Below are positions 1 through 12,382 of a stretch of DNA of 64,000 bases, in pieces. This DNA is from an uncultured cyanobacterium (GTDB taxonomy: Bacteria; Cyanobacteriota; Cyanobacteriia; Cyanobacteriales; Microcystaceae). The notes under the pieces were generated by a model. The model worked only from the letters and a program-made list of their open reading frames with translations. It ran no database searches and had not been told where the DNA came from. Location of the stretch: assembly GCA_963807635.1 (NCBI GenBank), contig CAWEDJ010000075.1, forward strand, positions 32,001 to 96,000. Reading direction: 5' to 3'. Each line of letters begins with the position of its first letter. Position 1 is the first letter of the stretch. Made by a program: the position numbers and the translations under genes.

Positions 1-53
1 GATCAAATTTTTAAACCTTAAATTATCCGATTTAAATGTTTTTAATTCACACA

Positions 54-494
54 ATGAAAATAAAAATTAAACGATTAAAAGAACAAGCTATTCTTCCTTT
101 TTATGAACATTTATATGACTCAGGACTAGACCTAATTTCCATCGAAGAAATAGAAATCCTACCAGGAAATAGTGATTTAATCCCAACAGGAATCGCGATA
201 GAACTTCCCCCAGGAACCGAAGCCCAGATCCGTCCTCGGAGTGGATTAGCCCTTAAACATCAAATTACTGTGTTGAATACGCCTGGAACCATTGATGAAG
301 GTTATCGCGGAGAAATTGGCGTTATTTTGATTAATCATGGTAAACAAACTTTTAAAGTGACCAAGGGCATGAAAATTGCTCAGATGGTCATTGCTCCCGT
401 GATTCGAGTGGAAATTGAAGAAGTTGATCAACTCAGTGATAGCTCTAGGGGATCGGGAGGATTTGGCTCAACGGGAATGCTCGTTCAGGAATAG
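54..494 (+). CDS. dut: dUTP diphosphatase (dUTPase)
   Basis: Motifs [41 protein letters not shown] at 54 chosen over 36. Confidence 0.95.
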   Translation: MKIKIKRLKEQAILPFYEHLYDSGLDLISIEEIEILPGNSDLIPTGIAIELPPGTEAQIRPRSGLALKHQITVLNTPGTIDEGYRGEIGVILINHGKQTFKVTKGMKIAQMVIAPVIRVEIEEVDQLSDSSRGSGGFGSTGMLVQE

Positions 495-656
495 GGCCTA
501 TTGATTTTTGAATAGAAAGATTAGTCATCGTTTTTTAGAAATAATAAAGAAGGGGCTTTGTTTATTTTGTCAGGTTTAAAAGTGGCGATCGCTGTTAATA
601 GATTAATTGGGAAAAGAGCGATATTATAATTTTGTTGAAATACCTAATAATAGAAA

Positions 657-2690
657 TTATATTGATGATACATTTTGCGATTGAGAAAAATCATTAAATG
701 GATTTATATCATCGTCAAAAAGATTTCCTTGTTCGTTATTTTGTAATTCCTGAAGTGTTTCATCCAGATAATAATCAGGTTCTTGAACTGACTCAATTTT
801 TCTAAGCAAATTAAAAGTTCTTGCATGCGCCCGTCGAAGAATAGTATTGTAAGTTCTAGGATGAATAACTGTATTTTTTCCGTCGGTGAGCGTATCTTCA
901 TCAAGAGAATTTACATAAGTTCCAAGAACATAGCACACTATTTTAGTTGATTGATTGATTTTTCCACTTCTTCTAAGTTCTTTTGCATATTTTTGCGCTT
1001 GAGTCTTTTCTTCATCTGTAATTGTGAATCCTCCTTTTTTCAGTTCTACTATGACAACTGATCTAAAACCAATAACTTCATGGTTTTCATTAAAATCATC
1101 ACAACCATATATCCCGATAGAACTGTCGGGAAGAACAACAAAATCTGGTCTCTTTCTCGGATGTTCCAAACTTGCTTCTCCAAAAAACTTTTTTACGACG
1201 GTTGCTAATGAACGATTCGATGTAAAACTTATAGACTCAAACTCTGGCCCAAATATCCATAAACCTTTGGCAAATAAAGGTTGTAAGTCATGTAGTTCAT
1301 CTGAAGTATGTTTCTCTACTAAATTCTCAAGTTGCTTGATTAAATCAAGACGATAACGGAGTTCATCAAGAACTTTTTTTGCATCAGTTACACTCCATTC
1401 CTGAAGTATAACCTCTAATTGTTCTAAATCATTAAACGCTAATCGAGATAGTTTTTCGAGAAGAGCATACCCAGATCGAACTTTTTCTAGATTAGCAAGA
1501 ACTTGCACTGTATTATCTAAATCTCTTTGTTGCATTGTTGGGCAAAGAACTTGAACCTCATCTACAAATTGAACGATTTGCTTTTGAGACAATAAAGGGA
1601 GCTTCTTAATATTATCTTTATTGACTTTCATTGCTTCGCGTTTACGCTCTTTTCTTATATCACTTAGCAAAAGACGTAAATCATTTTCGACAAAATCTGA
1701 TACTTGTCTGCTAAGAGAGTTAACAATTGGTGACTGATAAAAACCTGACCAGTCAGGCTTAATATCTCCAAGCAACTGATCAGCTTCAATAACATAAGTA
1801 AACTGTTTTCCTACTGAAGTTCGAGCATCTAATAATGGACGTTCGTAAATTTCCCAAGACGGAATACCAACAAGACGACGGTTTACCCACCAAGCGATAC
1901 CGCTCTGCTTGCTTGTCCGACCCTTTTTTTGGCTATCGAATCGACGAATTTTTAACTCACCATGTTCTGTCAGAAGAGAACTCGTTTCACAAAGATGCTC
2001 AATATCTTCTAATGAAACAAGATTATTATTTACATATATATTAAATTCTGGATCTGCGACAAAACGAGAACCGATTAGTTCTGAAACTTGTGAAGCACTA
2101 AAATCAAACAGTTCTTTTCTTGCTTCAGTATAAATTTTAGTCCCATGTCCATCTTTATTTTTTTTCTCTTCAAGAGTTAATCTAAAAGGAGTTTCCATTA
2201 AACTTCTTTCAACTCTGATTCGATGATATTCACCATTCTTTGTTGTTTCTACAAAATACTTAGACGCAAAACAAAACATTGCATGTCTTCCAACACCATT
2301 ACGCCCAAAAGCAGTTCTTTTTCGTTTTGACGATTTAGGAGGGAATTCTACATTTGTACCCTGCTGTTTTAATCGATTGTAATTTAACTGTGTCCATCTT
2401 TGAGTAAACTCTTCATATGTCATTCCAGTACCATTATCTTCAATGGAGATACAATTGCTGCCGTCTTTCAGCCATTCAATTTTTACCTCATCTGCCCCTG
2501 CATCCCAAGAATTAGCAACGAGTTCAACTAGAGCATAATGTGGATCAGCGATAATATTTCCTGCATGATGTTCAAGAAATTTGTCGCCGAATGTCAATGG
2601 CAGATCGAGTTGCTGATTAATCATATTGGCTAACAGGCTTGTTGTATGTTGTTTTTGATCAGAGTGTTCAGAAATAAGTATTGAAGTCAA
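657..2690 (-). CDS. GHKL (MORC/HSP90-like) ATPase fused to C-terminal PD-(D/E)xK nuclease-like domain
   Basis: N-terminal ELVANSWDA, DNGTGM, GRNGVG, GT Bergerat-fold motifs. C-terminal RPDFVV...VELKK...QAQKY. AT-rich, no HIP1 seen. Confidence 0.75.
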   Translation of the reverse strand: MTSILISEHSDQKQHTTSLLANMINQQLDLPLTFGDKFLEHHAGNIIADPHYALVELVANSWDAGADEVKIEWLKDGSNCISIEDNGTGMTYEEFTQRWTQLNYNRLKQQGTNVEFPPKSSKRKRTAFGRNGVGRHAMFCFASKYFVETTKNGEYHRIRVERSLMETPFRLTLEEKKNKDGHGTKIYTEARKELFDFSASQVSELIGSRFVADPEFNIYVNNNLVSLEDIEHLCETSSLLTEHGELKIRRFDSQKKGRTSKQSGIAWWVNRRLVGIPSWEIYERPLLDARTSVGKQFTYVIEADQLLGDIKPDWSGFYQSPIVNSLSRQVSDFVENDLRLLLSDIRKERKREAMKVNKDNIKKLPLLSQKQIVQFVDEVQVLCPTMQQRDLDNTVQVLANLEKVRSGYALLEKLSRLAFNDLEQLEVILQEWSVTDAKKVLDELRYRLDLIKQLENLVEKHTSDELHDLQPLFAKGLWIFGPEFESISFTSNRSLATVVKKFFGEASLEHPRKRPDFVVLPDSSIGIYGCDDFNENHEVIGFRSVVIVELKKGGFTITDEEKTQAQKYAKELRRSGKINQSTKIVCYVLGTYVNSLDEDTLTDGKNTVIHPRTYNTILRRAHARTFNLLRKIESVQEPDYYLDETLQELQNNEQGNLFDDDINPFNDFSQSQNVSSI

Positions 2691-2698
2691 TTCAATTT

Positions 2699-5290
2699 TT
2701 AACTAGCAACAAAATTAACCAACTTGCCAGGGACAACAATGACTTTTTTAATCTCTTTGCCCTTTAAAAACTTCTGGAAAATCTCAGAATTACGGGCATA
2801 GTTTTCTAGATCTTCCTTAGTTGCTGCTGATGGAACTTGAATGGTTCCTTTAGTTTTTCCCATGACTTGAATCACTAAGGTAATTTCACCAACCACCAAG
2901 GCTTGGGGATCAAAAGTTAACCAAGTTTGTTGATGAACAGAATCATTGTGTCCCAATTGATGCCAAAGTTCCTCACTAATATGGGGCGCAAAGGGAGCTA
3001 ATAAAATTAACAAAGCTTCGATCGCCTCTTGATAAGCGGGAGACTGTAAACAGTTGGCAGAATTAAGAGCATTATTGAGCTTCATTAATTCGGAAATGGC
3101 GGTATTAAATTGATAATCTCCGTCTAAATCTTCAGCAATTTCTTTGATGGCATGGTGAACCGCTCTGTGTAGGTCTTTTTCGGCTTTAGAATTAAGATTT
3201 TGCAGTTTGGCAGAATTAATCGTTGAGGATTTTTGACCCTGTTTTTCAATATATTCTGTCACTAATCGCCAAACCCGATTGAGGAAGCGAAATTGTCCTT
3301 CTACATCGGCATCGTCCCATTCCAAGTCTTTTTCAGGGGGAGCTTTAAAGAGAATAAACATTCGTGCGGTATCGGCTCCGTATTTCCCTAAAACGGTCTG
3401 GGGATCGACACCGTTGTATTTAGATTTAGACATTTTTTCATAGAAAAATTCCAACTTTTCACCCGTTTCAGCATCAAAATAGAGTTTGTCCCCTTTATCA
3501 ACTCTTACCTTATCAGAAGGAACATATTTACCCGTTTTCGGATTTTTATAGGTTAATGCCTGAACCATGCCCTGGGTTAATAACTTCTCAAAGGGTTCAT
3601 CCACATTCACCAAACCGCGATCGCGTAAAACTTTTGTAAAGAAACGAGAATAAAGCAAATGTAAAATCGCGTGTTCAATGCCGCCCACATACTGATCAAC
3701 TCCCATCCAACCGTTAACTTTCGCTAAATTAAAGGCTTCCTGGGGATTTTGGGCATCGGTATAACGTAAGAAATACCAAGAAGAATCAATAAAAGTGTCC
3801 ATCGTGTCCGTTTCCCGTTTGGCAGGTTCACCACAACTCGGACAGGCTACATTCACCCAACTTTCTAACTTAGCTAAGGGCGATCCTCCCCGACTGCTAA
3901 ATTGGACATTTTCGGGCAATTTAACGGGTAAATCCTCATCAGGAACGGGAACAGTCCCACAGCTAGGGCAATGAATCACAGGAATCGGACAACCCCAATA
4001 ACGTTGACGAGAAATCAACCAATCCCTTAAGCGATACTGAATTCGCGCTTTTCCATAGCCCTGATTTTCGGCATACTTCACAATGGCTGACTTGGCTTTG
4101 GGGGAATCCATGCCAATAAAGCGATCGCTGTTGACGAGGGTTCCTGTGTCCGTATAGGCAGATAATAGACAAATATCCTCATTATCCGCGTCATCAGGCA
4201 GAATAACGACCTTTATGGGTAAATTATTTTCCTTCGCAAATTTAAAATCTCGCACATCATGGGCAGGAACTCCCATCACCGCACCCGTTCCGTATTCATA
4301 AAGGACGTAATTTGCAATCAAAATAGGAATTTCTTCCTCATTAAAGGGATTAATCGCTATTCCTCCTGTTAAAACGCCTTTTTTGGGTTTATCTTCGGCA
4401 GTACGTTCAATTTCGCTCTCACTCTTCACTTCTTGGATAAACGCTTCAACGGCAGATCGGCGATCGCTGGTTGTGACTTGCAGGGTTAACGGATGTTCAG
4501 GAGCCAGGACAAGGTAGGTAACACCATAAACCGTATCGGGACGGGTCGTAAAAACGGCAATTTTCTCTGTGCTATCCTTAATCGGAAATTCTAAATAGGC
4601 TCCGACCGACTTCCCGATCCAGTTCGCCTGCATGGTTTTCACCCGTTCTGGCCAACCCGATAATTTATCCAAATCATTTAATAATTGTTCGGCATAGTCC
4701 GTAATTTTCAGAAACCACTGCCGCAATAATTTTCGTTCAACCTTTGCCCCCGATCGCCAGGATTTTCCCTCACTATCCACCTGCTCATTAGCCAGCACCG
4801 TTTGATCAATCGGGTCCCAATTCACCGCCGCTTCTTTTTGGTAAGCCAAACCTGCTTCATAAAATTGCAAAAATAACCACTGCGTCCATCGGTAATAATC
4901 AGGGGAACAGGTCGCCACTTCCCGATCCCAATCAATGGATAACCCTAATTGTTGGAGTTGCTGCTTCATCTGGAGCATATTTTGATTCGTCCATTCAGCA
5001 GGGGGTATTCCCCGATCAATGGCGGCATTTTCTGCGGGCAAACCAAAGGCATCCCAGCCCATTGGATGTAACACCCGATATCCCTGCATCCGTTTGACGC
5101 GAGCGATCACATCCGTAATCGTGTAATTGCGCACATGGCCCATGTGGAGACTGCCCGAAGGATAGGGAAACATCGACAGCGCGTAAAATTTGGGGAGGCT
5201 AGAATCTTCTGGGGTTTGGTCTAATCCCATGTCAGCCCAGTTTTTTTGCCATTTTTGCTCAATGTCCGCAGGGTTATATGGGGATGCCAC
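2699..5290 (-). CDS. leuS: leucine--tRNA ligase
   Basis: [25 protein letters not shown] editing domain, KMSKS. 863 aa. Confidence 0.98.
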   Translation of the reverse strand: MASPYNPADIEQKWQKNWADMGLDQTPEDSSLPKFYALSMFPYPSGSLHMGHVRNYTITDVIARVKRMQGYRVLHPMGWDAFGLPAENAAIDRGIPPAEWTNQNMLQMKQQLQQLGLSIDWDREVATCSPDYYRWTQWLFLQFYEAGLAYQKEAAVNWDPIDQTVLANEQVDSEGKSWRSGAKVERKLLRQWFLKITDYAEQLLNDLDKLSGWPERVKTMQANWIGKSVGAYLEFPIKDSTEKIAVFTTRPDTVYGVTYLVLAPEHPLTLQVTTSDRRSAVEAFIQEVKSESEIERTAEDKPKKGVLTGGIAINPFNEEEIPILIANYVLYEYGTGAVMGVPAHDVRDFKFAKENNLPIKVVILPDDADNEDICLLSAYTDTGTLVNSDRFIGMDSPKAKSAIVKYAENQGYGKARIQYRLRDWLISRQRYWGCPIPVIHCPSCGTVPVPDEDLPVKLPENVQFSSRGGSPLAKLESWVNVACPSCGEPAKRETDTMDTFIDSSWYFLRYTDAQNPQEAFNLAKVNGWMGVDQYVGGIEHAILHLLYSRFFTKVLRDRGLVNVDEPFEKLLTQGMVQALTYKNPKTGKYVPSDKVRVDKGDKLYFDAETGEKLEFFYEKMSKSKYNGVDPQTVLGKYGADTARMFILFKAPPEKDLEWDDADVEGQFRFLNRVWRLVTEYIEKQGQKSSTINSAKLQNLNSKAEKDLHRAVHHAIKEIAEDLDGDYQFNTAISELMKLNNALNSANCLQSPAYQEAIEALLILLAPFAPHISEELWHQLGHNDSVHQQTWLTFDPQALVVGEITLVIQVMGKTKGTIQVPSAATKEDLENYARNSEIFQKFLKGKEIKKVIVVPGKLVNFVAS

Positions 5291-5394
5291 GATGACTGGT
5301 GCGCTCCTATGCTCAGGTGATTACAGATTTGTCATTGTAACATTGTTGGTAAGGGCATAGTTGATAAGGGATAATTGTTAATTAGAAAGGTTGA

Positions 5395-5823
5395 TTAATT
5401 ATTGCTCAAATAAATCTCTATATTTCTCGTATTCCAGGTAGCAATACCAACTCCAAAAAAGTCTTGATCTTCAGTCCAAACTGGACTATTCAAGGATAAA
5501 GTGAGAGCGAGTATTGACCAATCATTTAAGTCTTGTTCTCCTATCCTTTTTTTTGCATCGTCTTCATACTCACTATAAATTTCCTGGGCAATCGGTATCA
5601 CTATTTTTGTGAGTTTTTCAATAGCATCTGAGAACGTTTCTAACGGCAGGTTTTGTTTCTGGAGAATCTGTGGTAAGTGATTACTTAATTCTTGATAGCA
5701 CAATGCAGGAGTTACAAATTTACAATGAAAATGATATTTTTCTAGTAAAATAGGAACTCTCTCCCCTAAGATTGCTCGAATCAGAATATTAGTGTCAAGG
5801 ACAATCAATTTGCTCATCGTCAT
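5395..5823 (-). CDS. PIN-domain (VapC-like) toxin
   Basis: VLDTNILI...D.ND...VWTEDQDF acidic PIN motifs. Overlaps the upstream small gene by 4 nt. Confidence 0.85.
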   Translation of the reverse strand: MTMSKLIVLDTNILIRAILGERVPILLEKYHFHCKFVTPALCYQELSNHLPQILQKQNLPLETFSDAIEKLTKIVIPIAQEIYSEYEDDAKKRIGEQDLNDWSILALTLSLNSPVWTEDQDFFGVGIATWNTRNIEIYLSNN

Positions 5824-6080
5824 CGGGCATTTTTCTGAGCATTTTGAAAATCAGCTAATAAGTCATCTTCAGTAATTCCTTTTGTTTCTAATAGTTGTCT
5901 AATTTTTTGGGCAGCTTCTTGCAGGGCGATAAAGTCTTGTTTTTGTGGGGTTTGTTGGGTTGGTATGTAGTAACCGATAGGTACACCATGAGAAGTAATG
6001 GCGATCGGCTCCGAGGTTTGCTTTGTGTATTTTTGTAAGTTAGCCCGAAATTCTTTAATCCCAACAGATTGGATTTCCAT
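5820..6080 (-). CDS. Phd/YefM-like antitoxin
   Basis: MEIQSVGIKEFRANL...PIAITSHG pattern, coupled to the PIN gene. ATG at 6080 chosen. Confidence 0.75.
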   Translation of the reverse strand: MEIQSVGIKEFRANLQKYTKQTSEPIAITSHGVPIGYYIPTQQTPQKQDFIALQEAAQKIRQLLETKGITEDDLLADFQNAQKNAR

Positions 6081-6097
6081 AACAGTCACGCTCCAAA

Positions 6098-6109
6098 ATG
6101 TGTACACAT
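6098..6109. promoter_or_regulatory. palindromic operator candidate upstream of the Phd-PIN TA pair
   Basis: Perfect 12-bp palindrome ATGTGTACACAT, 18 nt upstream of the antitoxin start. Confidence 0.45.
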
Positions 6110-6217
6110 GGTTACACTATAGCATGGGATAATATTAAAGGCGATCGCTTTCCAGACAATTTTGCTATGATTTTACTCGTAGAAAGATCATCTGAAAATC
6201 AGTGAGATTAAAAATTA

Positions 6218-6536
6218 ATGACAAAATACACAACTTTATCTGAGGAGTTAAGTCAACTTCCCAGGGAACGACAAGAAGCTATTCAGACAAGAGCTTCTGA
6301 GATTTATAAGGAGGATAAACGAGAAGTATTGATTGATGAAATTCTCCACAAAAAATAACATGATTCAAGTTGTTTTTGATACTCATATTTTAATTTCTGC
6401 TCTATTGCCCATAAATACAAATCAAAGATTTAAATCCATTTCTGGCGTAGTGATACTATCTCTATATTCTCGTAAATTTTCAACAAAAATTAAGGCTTTT
6501 TCATATCTAGAATCTTGCTCTAAAATACCTTGTTGA
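6218..6536 (+). pseudogene. fused remnants of TA genes (HigA-like N-terminus, then PIN N-terminus)
   Basis: 6218-6358 reads MTKYTTLSEELSQLPRERQEAIQTRASEI...stop. 6360 reads MIQVVFDTHILISALL, the first PIN strand, then loses similarity. Confidence 0.45.
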
Positions 6537-6577
6537 GCTAGTTTTTTCATTTGTTTAATAAAATTAGTTAGAAGATC

Positions 6578-9184
6578 TCAGCATTGGGCCTCTTCATTTT
6601 TCAAAACTTTTCTATGGGAACTAATCCTTTGTCTTGTTTTCCAATCACGAGTTCCCACTAAGATATTTTTAATCTCATTATCATTATATTCTATCGAGTC
6701 ATCAGGTAAAACTTCGATAATTTCTATAAAAGTAGGATAGTTGATCTTTCCTGTTTGAGTAAAATGTGGGTTTATGGATGCAATATCGATCCCTAGTGAT
6801 ATTAATGCAATTGGAATTAATTCCCTAGTTTGTGAGCATATATTTCTATAATTTTCGACAATATTTTTAACACCTAAAGTATTGCTATTGCTCAACAATT
6901 CTTCCATTGATGATAAAAGTAAATATCTAGATAAAGAATTGTCTTGACAAGAAGAATGTAAACAATTTCTCCAATTATCTATATTTTTCGTCGAAGTAGA
7001 ACAAGCTGTCCAAAGCTGATCGTTCATTACATTTCCCACATTATCAGACCATTGAATCAAATCGTCACCTACACATTTTTGCAAAAGATTTTTGAATATT
7101 ACTATAGATTGCTGGAGATTCCGAAGCATAAATGATGTGCATATATCATCATTTGATTCTATGAATATTCGTGATCCAGAATAGGCATAAGAAACGTTAT
7201 CATGCATCTTTATATTTACATCACTTTTGATAATTTTCAGTAAAAATATGCGAAGTGATTCCCTTGAAAATCTATCATATTGATCATGGATAATACCATA
7301 GGCTAAATCCCATTGTTGTATCTCGATACATTGTTCAATGAATGACTCAACATCAACTATTGGTGCAAGTCCAGCCCATAGAAAAATAACAGTATTCCAC
7401 TTATCATCATTACGATGTTCAAATAAACAAAGGCGGTCTATCCTATGTCCAAATTCATCTCTTTGATTTCCTTGAAAAACACATTCAGCAACGAAGTATT
7501 CAGCTAGGCTCTTATGTACAAAGCTGTAAGTACCAGGCCCGATAATTAGCCCTGATCTCTCTCGAAGAGATGAAAGTACATCTTCTTCAGAAAAAGTTTT
7601 TCTCATTTTTGTAAGTAATTGCTTCATAATTTCTAATGCTGTCGATTCCTCTATTTGTTCTTCTTCTCGAAGAAACATTTTTAGAGCTAATCCTTGCATT
7701 AGTTGTCGTTTCTCTTCTAAAGAAAGTTCTATAGAAGTTGCATTGACTGTTCGACGACTATCCCATACACCTAACATGCCGTCAACATAACGTTGATAAA
7801 GTTTGGAACGTCCATTAGGAAGACTACCATCAAGGTGATGAACCGTTAATAATGTTGATAGTAATAATGGATTTCCTGTCAAAAAACCAAGTGTGGGATC
7901 GTTAAGCCAGTTTGAAGCAAGTTCAGAAGCATTAATTTCACGACTTTTATCCTGAAGCAATGGCGTATATTTATACCAACGCTGCATATAATCAATAATT
8001 CGCTCTTGATCAAAAGGTTCTATATTCCATAATCGAAAACTAGACTGTAATCGTTCTAGGTGATCTGTTGTTATGGGACGGGATGTTAATATAATCGGAC
8101 ACTTTTCTAGTACAAGGAGTAAGACATTGACCCAATCGCAAACTAAATCTCTGGCATCATGACGAATTTCATCAAAACCATCTAAAATAAAAATAATCTG
8201 TTTTTCTTCAATCCATTTCTTAATTCGTTCTGAAGTAATGTCTTCCGATAAATGCTGCCCAACCTCGGTTCTGATTATGTCTTGATAAGATGGCAAAAGC
8301 AAAGACTTATTTAATAAATTTCGTAATTCAACCCTTATACAAATTCCATCCCATTTAGGGCTTAAAGCTTCTCTTTGCAACCATTTTGCCCAAGTAGATT
8401 TTCCTGCACCAGATTGACCAGTAATAATTGTTTTGTTGTTATTAATCGCAAATAATCTAAAACTTTCGTCATTTGTTCCAACGACATTGCCCAGCTTTGA
8501 ATCATTTTTCTCTTGAATTTTTTCTTTAATCTCAGGATGTACAAAAAAGTTCTCAAATTTTCCCGAAGTTACGTTTTCTGACCTTAAGCCTGTTAAATCA
8601 AGCTCACGTAATTCAATTTTTTGAGTAAGTTTTTGTCGTACTATTTTTAGAGTTGAGTCCGCCAACTTTGACTATGACGTTGCCAATTCATCAACTTTTT
8701 CAAATATTGTTTTTAATTGAGTTGTAAGTTCATCAAAACGTCTATAACTCTCTGACCAAGCTTCACTTTCCCAATCTTTTACAACCGAAGGTATTTTACA
8801 GAGTAAAGTTGCTATATGAGGAAATAAAATTGCGTAAATTTCCGTTAATCCATCTTCAATCACTACTGTTGGCAGAGAGCGATCAACATAACAATCATCA
8901 AAAATATTTTGCCCGTTAAGAGAACCTTTAAACAACAAGTCAGGTGTTTGTGTAAGGGGTCGTAATTCTTCAACACAAGTCTCAATTAAGCGACGTTGTT
9001 TATCCTCAGATATTTTTTCTTGAGAAAGAAATGGTAAAATCGGTTCCACAACTTCTGCTATCACAGTTTCTACCTGATTTTTGATTTTTCGCTGTTTGAA
9101 AAAATCAAGATTCTTATATTTGGTAGAAATCACCTCCGACACGAGGTTTGTAATAATCCCAAAAATAAATTCTGCTAATCCCAT
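6578..9184 (-). pseudogene. NACHT/STAND NTPase with N-terminal helical domain, interrupted by one in-frame TAG
   Basis: Walker A GQSGAGKST, Walker B FILDGFDEI, LTSRP, NPLLL, FVHKSLAEYF. ORFs 8672-9184 and 6578-8665 are in the same frame, separated by TAG at 8672-8674. Confidence 0.8.
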
Positions 9185-9617
9185 CGTTAGTCAATGTTTA
9201 TTTTTCGTAGTTTCGCTATTTTACAATGTAGCAGATCTCATACTAATTTTCAAAAGTCATGTCGTAGATCAGGCTAGTCAGAGCCTTACCCAGAAAAGAT
9301 CACCTTCGTCATCACTAAAGAAAAATGATATTAGTCAAATCAGGGGAGCCTAAAACCTTATAAGTCAATTATTATAAAGCTCGTGAGTTGCCCTCACTAC
9401 AATGAAAACTTCTACAGAATGCGATCGCCCTTTTAAATGAGATTGATACCAAATTCTGTTGTAAGATCCCACTTAAAATCAAGGCAGAATTACGATATAA
9501 AGATTTTGCGACACAAGGAGTTGAGAAGTTTTTTTTCAAAATAGAAGAAAAAATCCCACCTGAACTTTTCAGATGGAACTACTTGGGTTTTACTATACAA
9601 GTTCTGAGATGTTAGTC

Positions 9618-9947
9618 CTATCGGGCAACGCTCGCCGCCGCAACAGGAGTCTTTGCTGGAGGAGCAGGAGGCTGATATTCTTTTAAGCTGGGGAAAAGAA
9701 AATGATTCTCTTCGACATACTGGGCACCGAATAATCCTTTTTCGGCCCAAAAATATCGGTCGGTAGTATGCTCATTTCGTTTTACAATTAGCAAAGCAGG
9801 AGGTTGAATTCCCACGGACTGAATATATTTGCGAGCGGCAGTAACGGGTTTGTCTTCGCCACTCTCAATGCTATATTGGGGTACTAACTCTAGAATTTTG
9901 CGTCCTTCCTGGCGGCGACGACTTTTGCGTTTACGTTTCCTTGCCAA
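9618..9947 (-). CDS. conserved cyanobacterial protein (DUF3155-like)
   Basis: MARKRKRKSRRRQEGRKILE...HTTDRYFWAEKGLFGAQY resembles this family. Confidence 0.8.
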   Translation of the reverse strand: MARKRKRKSRRRQEGRKILELVPQYSIESGEDKPVTAARKYIQSVGIQPPALLIVKRNEHTTDRYFWAEKGLFGAQYVEENHFLFPSLKEYQPPAPPAKTPVAAASVAR

Positions 9948-10178
9948 CCCAATTACCTCCTGTTCCAGCTACATGCTGTAATTATAGTTACAAAATTTGT
10001 TCTGATTGTATCCGTTTTAACTTAGAAAATCAAGGGGATCAGAGGAGTTTTTAGGGAGAAAAAAAAGAAAAAACAACCATCGTTCCTTGGCTTATTGACT
10101 TCTTTGTTGAACAAAGGGACTATTTATGCCTTGCAGGAAAATTAATATTTCTTAACAAAACGCGATTTTAGGGTTTTC

Positions 10179-11527
10179 ATGTCTTCCTCTGAATGTTTGC
10201 CAAACTTGCCCAGTCCCGAATTCGTCACTCTATGTCAGGCGCAGTCTCGGCTTGTTCAGCAGGGTTTTCAAGTGGATTGGTGTGGCGTTTATTTAACCCG
10301 CTCTCACTCTGAGGTAGAAGATTCTGAGTTAATTCCTATTGTGGTTTATCCCTCATCGGAGGCAACTTCCTATGCCAGTTCACCGTTAATCACCCTAACG
10401 AGACAAAAAGAAAATAATCCCCTAACGTTGCCTGGATTATTACTCTCAGTGCAGGATTCCGTTGAAACTTGGGATTCGGAGGAGATTCTGCCCTATTCAT
10501 CGGGGGAGCATCCCCAATTGGTTTTTCCGTTAGTTTACCAAGAAGTGATGTTGGGAGTATTGGTAACGGGACGGGAATCTGCGCCCTGGCAAGCAGAAGA
10601 GGTTGCTCAGTTAGAAAATATTGCCCATACCCTAGCGATCGCCTGTTTTTTAGACCAACAAAAAAGCTGGTATTTAACCCAATTAAGACAACAGCAAAGG
10701 CGACGGGAGTGGGAACGGGATCACTTGGATGATCTATTCCATCAATTACGAAATCCCCTGACGGCGTTGCGGACTTTTAGTAAATTATTGCTCAAACGGT
10801 TTTGGGGAGATGATAAAACCCAAGCGGTGATTGAAGGGATTGGGCGGGAAAGTTATCATCTTCAGGAATTACTTCGGCCTTCGAGGGAGATTTGGCTCGG
10901 AGTGATCAAGAAATTACGGTTCCGATTTGGGACACGGAAACGCTACCAGAAAATGTGTTGGCTCCTGTTTCGACTTTTTTATTACCCAGTTCTAGCCTTC
11001 CTTTGAGTCCCGTTGATTTAACGACGGTGCTTAGGCCGATTTTGTCTTGTGAAGAAGCGATCGCCCAGGAAAAACAGATTGAATTAGATGGGATTCTTCC
11101 TGATCATTTATCTCCGATTTTAGGAAATGCGGCGGCTCTTAGGGAAATTTTTAGTAATTTAATCGATAATGCCTTGAAATATACTCCATCAGGAGGCAAG
11201 GTTCGAGTGACAATGGGACTCATGGCTTCTTTTGAAACCGAACAATGGCAGGGAGTAGAAATTGCTGATACGGGCTACGGTATCCCCAAAAAAGACCAGG
11301 ATCACGTTTTTGAACGACATTATCGGGGAATTCAATCCGAGGGGGATATTCCAGGGACGGGATTAGGTCTGGCGATCGTCAAGGAATTAGTGGAAAAAAT
11401 GCGGGGAAAAATTGAAATTACTAGTCCCAATCATTTGAGTCTTGATGTCCAATATCCAGGGACGAGCGTTACCCTTTGGTTTTTGTTAGAGAATCAAAAA
11501 ATGGGAGTTGCACTAGATCAAGATTAG
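10179..11527 (+). CDS. GAF-domain sensor histidine kinase (Hik2/CSK-like), one frameshift near 10875
   Basis: GAF region, H-box FHQLRNPLTAL in the first ORF. NLIDNALKYT, DTGYGI, GTGLGL in the second, overlapping ORF. Confidence 0.85.
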
Positions 11528-11595
11528 GACAAGATGGGGTAGGAAAGGCGATCGCCCGCTATCTTCGCTTAAATTTACAGCGTGTTTAATCAAGA

Positions 11596-12382
11596 GAGAG
11601 TTTCAAGCAAGTAATGCTAACTTCCAGTTGCGTAACAAATGAATACTACCATTGACTCTAAATCTGGCGAATAAAGCCATAGTCAGGTCAACCATTTCTA
11701 CTGAGCGAGACACAACTTTCGTTTTTCGATGAAAACGGGCAAACCAATGGCGATTATCCGAATTATTCCTTTCTATCCCTACTGTTTCGCTCTTCGTAAT
11801 TACATGAAACGCATCGGGATGCTCGTCTAGCAATTCTCTATAGGGCTTCCAATCATCTGTGCAGTAGACGGTTACTTTCCATGACAACAACCGTTTCAGC
11901 ATTTTTGCTAAGGTTTGACTATCACGACCTCCTAACTCCCAGTCGATAAGTCTCCCACTATTACGGTCATAAGCTTTCCACACCCACAATTTATTCTTTT
12001 TTTTTCTATGAAATGCCAGAGTTCGTCTAACTCAACAACTACGGCTATCCCAGGTTCTGGCTTTTCTTTGTTCAGCTTAGCGAAATCTCTAATCCAATTT
12101 AAGACGGCTTGAGCGGAAACATTGAGATGATTAGCGATGGCGTTCATCGACATCCCTCCTAAATAGAGTAAGACGGCATCGAGTTTCATCCAGAGGGGCT
12201 TACCTCGTTCTGTTGTTGGTTGAGTAAATTGGTAATTACAGGATTTACACTTATATCGCTGCTTTCCCTTGACAAAGCCACTTTTGATGATGTGCTGATG
12301 TTCGCATTTTGGACATTGGTTCATCATTCTGTTCCTTGAACTTTACTCTTTTACAGACTAGCATTATCTACTTGATACTCTC
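11596..12382 (-). mobile_element. IS1-family insertion sequence (InsA 11932-12327, InsB-like 11603-11989)
   Basis: CPKC...QRYKCKSC zinc finger, VELDELW, TDDW, IERNN. A9 slippery run at 11997-12005 joins the two frames. Imperfect 24-bp terminal IRs GAGAGTTTCAAGCAAGTAATGCTA and TAGCATTATCTACTTGATACTCTC. No target duplication seen. Confidence 0.9.
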
